Shown: piece after piece, positions 54,554 through 62,371 of the stretch | How the letters are laid out: every line of letters begins with the position of its first letter | Position numbering within the stretch: position 1 is the stretch's first letter | Virus record (IMG/VR): IMGVR_UViG_3300032318_002859 | Coordinates: 1-62,371 of that record | Reading direction: 5' to 3' (one strand) | Source of the DNA: a virus | Taxonomy: Duplodnaviria > Caudoviricetes | Length of the DNA stretch: 62,371 bases | The notes under the pieces: model-generated | What the model was told of the DNA's origin: nothing | The model's database searches: none | What the model saw: the letters and a program-made list of their open reading frames with translations, nothing else | Made by a program: the position numbers and the translations under genes

Positions 54554-56674
54554 ATGAGCCAGATGATCACCCTGCAGAAGCGAATCGACGCCCTCAGGCG
54601 GAAATGCCAGACGGGCTACGGCTGCGGCTCGACCTGCATCAGCCTTCGGAAGGAGTGCCGCACCACCCCCCGCAGCGCCATGGGGAAGGAGAGGCTGACG
54701 CGCCTGCTGGCCCTCGCCGCCGGCGGCGCCTCCTCCCAGCGCGGGATCGCGCCGGTGAAGGCCAAGGAGGCAGGGGCGATCGCCGCGGGCATCACCACCC
54801 GGCGAAGCGAGAAGGCAACCCAGCTGCAGGGGGCCCGCCAGCAGGCAGCGGCCGAGAAGGCCCGGGCGGCAGAGGCCGCGCCCTCCTCCAGCGCCAGTTC
54901 CAGCAGCACGGCGCCGCCCGGCACGCCCCGGGGAGAGGCAGACCGGGCGGCCAAGCAATTCGACCCCGACTACGAATTCGCCCGGCCGTCAGCTGTGGGC
55001 AACGTCGGCGAGGACCTGAAAGGCTCCGCCCGCCACATCCGCAATCAGTGGCGCTCCTTGGCAGAAGCGGAAGCCGATGGCTCGGCCGCGGCCCTGGTCA
55101 CCAGGGACAAGCTGCTGAAGGCCGAGTCCATCGATTTGACGGAAGGGCTCACCAACGTCAACTACCTCACCCGGCTCGCTGGCCATCTGGCGCTCAAATC
55201 GTTTCCGGCGCAGCCCTACACCGAGAAGGCTTTCACGCACTACAACCTCGCCCAGATCACGGGCAAGAAAACCCCGGCGGAGATGCGCAAGCTCTACTAC
55301 GACCATCTTCAGGATGTGAAGGGGATCATCGACAGGCACCGGGATGATGCTGACCCCCGCGACATGCTCGCGGAGATCTCCAGGGCCACCGTCGACCGGA
55401 TCGGTGCCATCAGGGGCAATCGAGCCGAGGCCACATCCGACCGCTACAACCCACTGGCCAACTCGCTGGTGGACCTCAGCAAGAAGGCAAGCCAGGGCAG
55501 CTACGCCAAATCGTCCATCGCTGGGCAGATCAACACCCTGGGGGTTCGCCTGAGGCGTGCCAATGACGGGAAGAACATCACTGAGCTGGCCGATGTGATG
55601 CGCAACGCCACGGAGGAGATCCTGGGCGGCGCTTCCATCGACAAGGTCACCGGAGTGCAGCGGGGCGGGGTGACTTTCAATCCCGCCGATCTCTACGTGA
55701 AGAAGGCTATCCGCACCGGCGGCCGGGCTTTGGGAGTCGACGACAGCCCAGCTGGCTCCACCACGGTGCTGACTAGCCGGATGGGGATGCGGGGCCTGCA
55801 GTTTGGCAACAGCGTCACCGATGATGAGCGCGCCCACCACCTGCGCAAGACCGCCGAGGCCCTGGTGGACCTGGCGGACGTGACCGGTCTCCCCGATCGG
55901 GCCATCTCCCTCGACGGCCAGCTGGGCCTGGCCTTTGGTGCCAGGGGCAAGGGACGGGCCGCGGCGCACTACGAACCCGGCACGAAAGTGATCAACATCA
56001 CCCGAAAGAACGGCGTAGGCACCCTCGCTCACGAATGGGGACACGCCCTCGATGACTACATCGGGGCGCGATCTCCGAGGGGCCAATCTTTCGCGAAGAC
56101 CGGCGACATCTACCTGAGCGAGCAAACCAGCGAGCTCTACTTTGACCGCAGCGGCCGGGGCACAAAAAGCCAGGCAGACGATCCAGTCTGGAAAGCCATG
56201 GATGGGGTCCGCAAGGCCATCAAGGACACCGACTATCCCCAGACCCTCAGGGAAGGGCTGCGAGGATACGGCATCACCCCACAGTCAAGTAAAGGCCAAT
56301 GGAACTATTGGACATCAGGTCGCGAGGTCTTCGCCAGGACCTTTGAGCGGTACGTGCAGCACAAGCTGAGGAGCAAGGAGCAGGAGAACACCTATCTCTC
56401 GGGCCTGGGCGGTGAAAGTCCCCTGTGGCCTACCAAGGAGCAGATCGCGAAGATGGCGCCCGCCTTCGATGAGCTGATGAGTGCGGTGGGCGCCAACACC
56501 TTCGGCGGCATGAAGCGCCGCACGGATAGCCGTGAGGAGCGGATCCAGCGGCTGATTCGCGAGGCGATGGCACTCCATCGTGATCCCTACCCTATGAAGA
56601 ACAGCGTCAAGGCCTTGCTGGATTCCGCCTTGCAAACCCACATTGATGCTCTGCGCGCCCTTTGTGGCGCCTAA
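54554..56674 (+). CDS. Polyvalent protein: RIDAL/Cys4 N-terminal tag plus zincin metallopeptidase/LPD1 domain
   Basis: GLQFGNS, LAFGARG, AHYEP, LAHEWGHALD, YWTSGREVFARTFERYV. Confidence 0.85.
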   Translation: MSQMITLQKRIDALRRKCQTGYGCGSTCISLRKECRTTPRSAMGKERLTRLLALAAGGASSQRGIAPVKAKEAGAIAAGITTRRSEKATQLQGARQQAAAEKARAAEAAPSSSASSSSTAPPGTPRGEADRAAKQFDPDYEFARPSAVGNVGEDLKGSARHIRNQWRSLAEAEADGSAAALVTRDKLLKAESIDLTEGLTNVNYLTRLAGHLALKSFPAQPYTEKAFTHYNLAQITGKKTPAEMRKLYYDHLQDVKGIIDRHRDDADPRDMLAEISRATVDRIGAIRGNRAEATSDRYNPLANSLVDLSKKASQGSYAKSSIAGQINTLGVRLRRANDGKNITELADVMRNATEEILGGASIDKVTGVQRGGVTFNPADLYVKKAIRTGGRALGVDDSPAGSTTVLTSRMGMRGLQFGNSVTDDERAHHLRKTAEALVDLADVTGLPDRAISLDGQLGLAFGARGKGRAAAHYEPGTKVINITRKNGVGTLAHEWGHALDDYIGARSPRGQSFAKTGDIYLSEQTSELYFDRSGRGTKSQADDPVWKAMDGVRKAIKDTDYPQTLREGLRGYGITPQSSKGQWNYWTSGREVFARTFERYVQHKLRSKEQENTYLSGLGGESPLWPTKEQIAKMAPAFDELMSAVGANTFGGMKRRTDSREERIQRLIREAMALHRDPYPMKNSVKALLDSALQTHIDALRALCGA

Positions 56675-56677
56675 CAA

Positions 56678-58066
56678 ATGGCTGATCGGTCGATCGAGCT
56701 GATCGAGGAGCTGGATCAGCAGCTGCGGGGGCTGGAGGATCAGCAGCTGCGCAAGCTGCGCGGGATCTTCGATGAGGCCCTGCGCCGGACCATCCGCAGC
56801 CTCACCGATCGGCTGGAGCGGATCGCAGAGCAGCCGGAGTACGACCCGGCCACCACCCCCGGCGCATTCCTCGGCAGCACCCCCGGGGGCCCGGAGCCGA
56901 TCACCCCACTGCAGAAAAACCAGGCCAGCCTCTACCTGCAGGGTCAGCTGGCTCAGGATCTGCAGGTGATCGTCAACCGGTTTCCAGCCGATCGAGCAGC
57001 CAATGCCGCCCTGAACCGCGAGCTGTCCGATCTCTACAACCGCGCCCAGGATCTGGGGACCGAGTATGCCATCGAGCTGTCGCGAGAGATGCTGCCCCCG
57101 GCCGCCGTGCTCTCCGGCCGCCACCCGGCCCTGCAGGATCCCCAGCTGCCGCCAGCGGCCCCGCCGGCCCCCACCGATGCGCCGCCGCCAGGCAGCCCGT
57201 ACCAGGAGGGGCAGAGCTTCACCAGGCTGCTCAACCTGGGCGCCACCATCGCGGCCTCCGAGCGGGACTTCAAGACCCTCAGCGCCAACTACCGCCGCCA
57301 GCGCAACGCTGCCACCTCCGAGCGTGTCCGGGCCTCCAAGGACTACTTCTTCCGGTGGTGGCGCGACTGGGGCGACACCGTGCAGTTCGAGACCGCCGCC
57401 CAGCTGGCCACCGGCGTGGACAGCCGCAAGCTGGCGCGCACCCTCAAGCAGCGCCTGCCCCACATCAACGACGCCTTCCGCAACCGGGCCGAGACCGTCG
57501 CACGCACCGAGACCCACATCGCCGCGGGCGAGGCCCGAGAGCGCACCTTCCGCCGCGTCGGCGCCGGCTTCGTGCGGTTCGTGCCCACCGCTGACGATCA
57601 GGTCTGCGAGTTCTGCGCGCCCCGGATGGGCTCCCTCTACTACGCCGGCAGCGTGAAGACCCCGATCCATCCGAACTGCCGCTGCGCCCTCTCGCCGATC
57701 ACCCTGGAGGCGCTGGTGATCCAGAACCAGCTGGCCAGCAGCCGTGAGGAGCGTTGGGAGGCGCAGCAGCAGGCCCTGGCCGCGGCGACCCGCGAGAAGT
57801 TCGAGCAGGCCAACGGCATCAGGCCCTACCGGCCGATCGGCGGCACCGGCGAGCCCCGGGGGCCCCAGGACTATCCGCTGATGGAGCGCACCGCCCTGCC
57901 GGCCACCACCCCCAGGCCCAACCAGGCCAACAACCCGGCGAACGGCGGCGCCAGGCCCTGGCCATCGGGGGACCCGGTGTGGACGCCCTCCAGGGGCTGG
58001 ATCAACGCCGCCGCGCGCGAGGCCTACGAGGCCATGGTCATCGAGGTGGCAGGGCTGGAGGGGTGA
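56678..58066 (+). CDS. Minor head protein (Mu gpF/SPP1 gp7 family)
   Basis: RAETVARTE..DDQVCEFC..PIHPNCRC. Confidence 0.9.
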   Translation: MADRSIELIEELDQQLRGLEDQQLRKLRGIFDEALRRTIRSLTDRLERIAEQPEYDPATTPGAFLGSTPGGPEPITPLQKNQASLYLQGQLAQDLQVIVNRFPADRAANAALNRELSDLYNRAQDLGTEYAIELSREMLPPAAVLSGRHPALQDPQLPPAAPPAPTDAPPPGSPYQEGQSFTRLLNLGATIAASERDFKTLSANYRRQRNAATSERVRASKDYFFRWWRDWGDTVQFETAAQLATGVDSRKLARTLKQRLPHINDAFRNRAETVARTETHIAAGEARERTFRRVGAGFVRFVPTADDQVCEFCAPRMGSLYYAGSVKTPIHPNCRCALSPITLEALVIQNQLASSREERWEAQQQALAAATREKFEQANGIRPYRPIGGTGEPRGPQDYPLMERTALPATTPRPNQANNPANGGARPWPSGDPVWTPSRGWINAAAREAYEAMVIEVAGLEG

Positions 58067-58325
58067 TCAGTTGGTCCAGTACGGATGCGGTCTGCAGGTC
58101 AGCTGCGACGATCCATTCAGAGACTATTGAAAGATCCGGCTGGTTTGCCATGGCGCTGTGTGTGGCTGGGTGAGGTGGGGGAGCTAGAGGGGCTGGAGGG
58201 GCGCTCAGCCCATGCGGCTGCTGCGGCTGGGCCAAGTGGCGAGAGGGGTAGTCATGGCTGGCAATGGGGGGGAGCGTGCAAGAGGGGATGGGGAAGGATC
58301 GGCCGTCGTGGGTCTGGGATGCTGC

Positions 58326-58830
58326 TCAGGCCTTCAGCACCCGCTGCAGGGAGGTTTGGGAGACCCCGCAGAGGTGGGCGGCAAGCCGCTGGCTCTTGCC
58401 CTGCCGCACCATCCGGACTGCCCTGGCCATCGGGTCGCTGATGTGGATGATTCCGGTGCGGGACGGGGCAAGCAACGTTGGCGGGGGTGGTGACCGGAGC
58501 GGCATTTGGGGCCGGCAAAAGTTCGGCGCCGTTAGTGGTAGCAACGGGTTTCGGCACCACGGGGGTGGTGACCATTTCGCTGGCGCCAACAAAATGGTCT
58601 GGGGCGCCGTTGCTGCCGCCGGGCAGCCCCAGGCGAGCGAGAAGCTGAAGCTGGCACTGCTGAAGCCAGGCCAGCAGCTGATGCCAGCGCATGCCGGCCA
58701 GCAAGCCCAGCGTGTACGCCAGCGCCGCCACCGCACCCACGCGGATGGCGGCAGCTTCCAGCGCGGGGCCCCAGTCGGAGGCAAGGGCCCTGGTTAGGGC
58801 TTTCAGCTCAAGAGTGATCGTGATGCTCAT
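58326..58830 (-). pseudogene. Membrane-anchored HTH protein split by an apparent frameshift
   Basis: N-terminal TM part in one frame; HTH GKSQRLAAHLCGVSQTSLQR in the +1 frame. Confidence 0.5.
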
Positions 58831-59078
58831 CGGTTTGCTGTGGTGACCCACCGAGAGCGACGCGGGCTCAATCGATGGGTTGGAAATGGTGGTGCTCCCT
58901 GACTGCTGGGAGCGGTTCGGCCCGGTTTCACGCCTATGGCCGGCTGGCGATCGGGTTGTCTCTCCCGATGATCAAAACCTACAGGCCCCTCCCTGATCCG
59001 TCAAGCGCTATCTACGCCCTATCGAAGGAAAAGGTGCTCATAGCGCATAGGCTGGCAGGGGCCTCCCCCCAGGATCCC

Positions 59079-60392
59079 ATGCGCCTCCGTCTCGGCTACG
59101 CCCGTGTCTCCACGGATGAGCAGGCCGATGCGCTCGCCCCCCAGATCGCCCGCCTGGAGGCCGCCGGCTGTGACCAGGTGCTTTCGGACATCGAGCGCGG
59201 GAGCAATCCAGATCGGGAGGGCCTTCTCGAGGCCATGGCCATGGTTCGGGCCGGCCGGGTCGGAGAGATCATTGTCACCCGCATCGATCGCCTGGGCCGG
59301 GATGCAGCGTTCACGGATCAACTGCTGGGCCTGGCCCAGGGCATGGGGGTGATGGTGCGTGCCCTGGATGGGGGGGTCATCGAAACGCTCAGCCCCCAGG
59401 GCTTCTTGATGGCGCGCATAACCACCGGCCTGGCCGAGATGGAGTCGCGCATGCTTTCTCTCCGGATCCGGAAACAGTTCGAGCAGTACCGGGCCCAGGG
59501 CCGCCACCTCCGCCGGCGGCTGCCCTTTGGCTACGCCCGCGGCGATGGCATCCACCTGGTGCCCCATCCAGAGAACTGGGCCCATGCCCTGCGGGTGATC
59601 GAGGAGCTCCGCCGGATTGGATCGTTTGCGGGGGTGGCCTATCAGCTGCCCAGCTGGTGCCCCTGGACTCCGGCCGGCGGCAGCCTGCAGGCCTGGTTCA
59701 CCAATCCAGTGATCCGCGGCCATGTTGGCCACCTGCGCAGCGGCGGGAAGGGCTGGGACAGCACGTGGGGCGAGATCTACTACGACCAGCATCCGGCCCT
59801 GATCTCTGAGGGGGCTTGGCGCGAGCTGGCAGACATGCTGCAGCGCACTCGCAACCGCTTCGCAGGCGTCCCCACCATCGATAGCAGGCATGGGCTCACC
59901 GGCCTGCTGGTGTGCCATGGCTGCGGGCATCGCCTCAGGCGCAACACCGCCCAGGGCGTTGCCTGGTGGCGCTGCCGGCATCGCCTCTGCACCAATCGCG
60001 GTGGCGTGAAGGAAACCAAGGTCCTGCCGGTGGTGATCCAAGCCTGTATCGAGTCAGCAGATGTGCTGGCCCGGGCGGCCGCGGCGCCGGTGGAGGAGGA
60101 TCCGGCCCTGATCCTGAAACGCCGAGACCTGGATGCCACCCGAGTGCTGGCAGCTCGCAATCCAGCACTGGCGGCAGCGGTGAGCGCTCTGGATGCGGAG
60201 ATTCGCTTGCTGGAGCGACGGGATCACATCCCCCCAGACCTGGCCGCCTACGAGGCGATGATGCGCGACCCCGCGTTCTTCACCGGCGCGACGCCAGATC
60301 AGCAGCGGGTGATCGTGGCGGCGCTGATCCAACGGGTGATGGTGGGACCTGCTGGTGTGCCGCTGATCCCTGTTCTGCGCAGTAGCTCCTGA
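59079..60392 (+). CDS. Large serine recombinase (integrase)
   Basis: GYARVSTDEQ, VTRIDRLGR, LPFGY, LTGLLVCHGCG..WRC..C. Confidence 0.93.
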   Translation: MRLRLGYARVSTDEQADALAPQIARLEAAGCDQVLSDIERGSNPDREGLLEAMAMVRAGRVGEIIVTRIDRLGRDAAFTDQLLGLAQGMGVMVRALDGGVIETLSPQGFLMARITTGLAEMESRMLSLRIRKQFEQYRAQGRHLRRRLPFGYARGDGIHLVPHPENWAHALRVIEELRRIGSFAGVAYQLPSWCPWTPAGGSLQAWFTNPVIRGHVGHLRSGGKGWDSTWGEIYYDQHPALISEGAWRELADMLQRTRNRFAGVPTIDSRHGLTGLLVCHGCGHRLRRNTAQGVAWWRCRHRLCTNRGGVKETKVLPVVIQACIESADVLARAAAAPVEEDPALILKRRDLDATRVLAARNPALAAAVSALDAEIRLLERRDHIPPDLAAYEAMMRDPAFFTGATPDQQRVIVAALIQRVMVGPAGVPLIPVLRSSS

Positions 60393-60425
60393 TTCGTTGC
60401 TGGAGCGCCTCTCTCAGGGTGAGGG

Positions 60426-60662
60426 TCACTGGCGAATCCCCCCAGCGCGCTTCGCGGGGAACAGCCGATCCGGGCATTGCGGCAGCGCAGTGGCCGGCAG
60501 CGCGCCCACGGCCAGGGGGTTGCGGCTGGGGACGGCACGGCTGGACGTGGTGATCCGGCAGACGGAGTCGGCAGCCAACCAGGAGGCCGCGGCGACAAAG
60601 GCCTGAGATCCCAGCCAGGCCATCGAGGTCACGCCGAGCGTGACGGCAAGGGTGAATTTCAT
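60426..60662 (-). CDS. Small signal-peptide/membrane protein
   Basis: MKFTLAVTLGVTSMAWLG. Confidence 0.4.
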   Translation of the reverse strand: MKFTLAVTLGVTSMAWLGSQAFVAAASWLAADSVCRITTSSRAVPSRNPLAVGALPATALPQCPDRLFPAKRAGGIRQ

Positions 60663-60761
60663 CTCTGGATGAGGACGACCCAGACTGAGGATGCTCAGGA
60701 TCCTAGCCGATGCGTCGAACAGGTGTACGATGCCTCGGCCTGGCAACATCGCCAACCCGCT

Positions 60762-61043
60762 ATGTCCAAGCCCGCCCAATCCCTGCGAGAAACGGCCTCG
60801 TCGCCCAGTCGCGCCATGCGTAAAGACAGGCCAGCCTTGGCGCCCTTGGCCGGCAGCTCTGCTGCACGGATCTCCTCCGCCAGGATGGCGGCGCGTGACA
60901 GGAGATCGGAACGCAATGTGCTGGCGCTCTGCGCGGCATGCCTCCTGATCGTCTGCACTCTGACGGTCTTAACGATCTTCAGAGAGCAAGCTCGCGATCG
61001 GCTGGATCCTGCCGTCGCCCCTCTCCAGCCTGCCCACCCCTGA
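60762..61043 (+). CDS. Small membrane protein
   Basis: TM segment VLALCAACLLIVCTLTVLTIF. Confidence 0.5.
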   Translation: MSKPAQSLRETASSPSRAMRKDRPALAPLAGSSAARISSARMAARDRRSERNVLALCAACLLIVCTLTVLTIFREQARDRLDPAVAPLQPAHP

Positions 61044-61044
61044 G

Positions 61045-61236
61045 ATGGCAGCCATCACAGCCCTCCGCCGCCGCAACCTGAGACGCCGGCGGCCTGCTCC
61101 ATGGCTTCACTGGCAGCACATCTGCGGCATTGGCATTGGCGGGATCATCCTGGTTCTGTGCCTGGCTGTGACGAACCGAGGCCCCCTGTTTTCGTCATGC
61201 TCGCCCACGTCGTTTGAGAGCTGCAGAGACGCTTGA
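61045..61236 (+). CDS. Small membrane protein
   Basis: Basic N-terminus then TM segment. Confidence 0.5.
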   Translation: MAAITALRRRNLRRRRPAPWLHWQHICGIGIGGIILVLCLAVTNRGPLFSSCSPTSFESCRDA

Positions 61237-61254
61237 CCCTGGCTGGCCTGGCGA

Positions 61255-61294
61255 GGTCCCTACCCTGTGATCGCCGCATCACAGGGTAGGGACC
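61255..61294. repeat. Perfect 17-bp inverted repeat, 6-nt spacer
   Basis: ggtccctaccctgtgat-cgccgc-atcacagggtagggacc. Confidence 0.92.
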
Positions 61295-61296
61295 AC

Positions 61297-61572
61297 ATGG
61301 GCGAACGTGAGTATGCCTCCGAGCAGCTGCTGGGATTTCTGGGCCAAGTTGGCCCTATCGAAGCGCAGTGGGCGATGCAAACGGCACTCGTAGCGTTGCA
61401 GGATCTGCCCGCCAGCGAGGATCACATCGCTGCCGTCCATGCTGCTCTCCATCAGGCCCTGGAGGTGGCGACTGTCGATGATGCTGGGGACGCCAGCATC
61501 AGTAGGGAAGATGTGCCTATGCCCTCGGCATCCAAAGCCAGCCGGGAAGCGAAGAACAAGGCGCCTGCCTGA
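61297..61572 (+). CDS. Hypothetical protein
   Basis: ATG right after the inverted repeat. Confidence 0.5.
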   Translation: MGEREYASEQLLGFLGQVGPIEAQWAMQTALVALQDLPASEDHIAAVHAALHQALEVATVDDAGDASISREDVPMPSASKASREAKNKAPA

Positions 61573-61595
61573 AATGGACTGCCTAGCCTTGTGAC

Positions 61596-61949
61596 ATGGC
61601 ACAGCCGCAGACCATCCCACTACCCAGTGTCTACGAGGGCACGACGTGGGGTGGCATCGGCTCAATCACTTTGCAAAGGCCAGCTGGCACGCCACTGAAC
61701 CTCACCGGCGCCCAGCTAAGGATGACCTATCGCAGAATCGGTGAGCGTTTGGAACGGCTCACGCTGGCGTTAGGTTCTGGCATTGAGATCACGAATGCGA
61801 CTGGCGGTGTATTCAAAGTGTTGCGTCAGGTGCTGCCCCTTGTGGCCGGTCTCTATTGCTGGGAAATAGTAGTCACATTGGCGGGCGGCGAGATCATCGC
61901 CCTCTTCGTGGGTACACAGGAGATCATTAAGAAGAGGGGGGCATCATGA
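61596..61949 (+). CDS. BppU-N-like fibre adaptor protein
   Basis: GTTW..GTPLNLTGAQLRM..GIEITNATGG. Confidence 0.65.
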   Translation: MAQPQTIPLPSVYEGTTWGGIGSITLQRPAGTPLNLTGAQLRMTYRRIGERLERLTLALGSGIEITNATGGVFKVLRQVLPLVAGLYCWEIVVTLAGGEIIALFVGTQEIIKKRGAS

Positions 61950-62371
61950 GTGATGAAATACTCGCTGTCGTAAGCCTCAGCGAAACAATACTGGAAGCGA
62001 AGATTGATCAGAATGGCCCGCCTCAGGATGTGAGCCCCACTGCCACTCCTGTCTTCAACAGCGTGGCCCTCACGAGCCTGACGGAAGGCCAGCTGGTGTA
62101 TGTGGGGCCTGGCAAGGTCCTGATCCCTCTCGCTCTGGGTCCGAACCTCTCGATTACCGAAGGCTCCCTGGTGGTCGATGGAAGCGGCGAGGGGGGCGGA
62201 GGGAATGGCACGGGGATCCAGGAAGGCGACCCCCGCCTGACGGATTCCCGCGAGTGGTCAGCGGCCACGATGAGCACCGAGACGGCGGCAGCCGGGGTGA
62301 GCACCACCCGCCTGGCTACCACGGCCGCTGTGCTCCGGGCTGCCGCCGCCGGCTGGTGGGACGCCATCAGC
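61946..62371 (+). CDS. N-terminal part of origin-spanning fibre protein
   Basis: ATGA start; DPRLTDSREWSAAT..GWW fibre motif; no stop before window end. Confidence 0.75.
   Translation, partial: MSDEILAVVSLSETILEAKIDQNGPPQDVSPTATPVFNSVALTSLTEGQLVYVGPGKVLIPLALGPNLSITEGSLVVDGSGEGGGGNGTGIQEGDPRLTDSREWSAATMSTETAAAGVSTTRLATTAAVLRAAAAGWWDAIS

Larger units (their letters stand above)
1..62371. mobile_element. Complete circular temperate siphovirus-like phage genome, probable picocyanobacterial host
   Basis: Terminase, portal, capsid, tail, lysis, replication and integrase modules all present; ends overlap by 24 nt; host inferred from RpoD-like sigma factor and gene style. Confidence 0.93.

Noticed and set aside
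58875-59078. Extended integrase N-terminus from the ORF track (likewise 54266, 9547, 20267, 39729 starts)
   Set aside because: Domain motifs and coupled starts point to downstream ATGs
62348-62371. Physical terminal repeat or att core
   Set aside because: Falls mid-gene with the frame preserved across the junction; best explained as assembler overlap

Overview
The window is a complete, circularly assembled ~62.3 kb GC-rich temperate tailed phage. The first 24 nt repeat the last 24 nt, and a fibre gene reads in frame across the junction. The long tape measure and absence of a sheath suggest a siphovirus. The RpoD-like sigma factor and cyanophage-style genes suggest a picocyanobacterial host (Synechococcus/Cyanobium-like; inferred). 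Packaging and head genes: ParB-like/HTH/TerS/TerL, a DUF1073-type portal, an LPD1 metallopeptidase protein, MuF, a DUF2213 protease-scaffold, decoration protein and DUF2184-type capsid. Tail genes: tube, G/GT chaperones with a lambda-type GGGAAAG slippery site, tape measure, tail tip and fibres. Also present: two convergent endolysins, recombination genes (ERF-like, YfdP/YfdQ-like), a repressor-like gene, a replication initiator with an internal iteron origin, and a large serine integrase. The most interesting signal is an apparent modular 'head-cargo' system. Several head-module proteins share (i) a Cys4 motif KCxTGYGCGSxCISxxKxCR, (ii) an LxxRIDAL helix and (iii) R-x-D sites. The R-x-D sites are also strongly enriched in the scaffold and sit at the capsid and portal termini. 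These tags are fused to different payloads: a ParB-like domain, a Ser/Thr kinase followed by an unannotated coupled 58-aa candidate immunity gene, and an LPD1 peptidase. Other notable items are a cloverleaf ncRNA candidate ending in ACCA upstream of the KilA-N gene, a recurring CCYASMCT promoter-like motif, a serine-recombinase homologue lacking the catalytic domain, and a CBM5/12-like insert in the repressor-like protein. All family assignments come from motif recognition by eye, not database searches.
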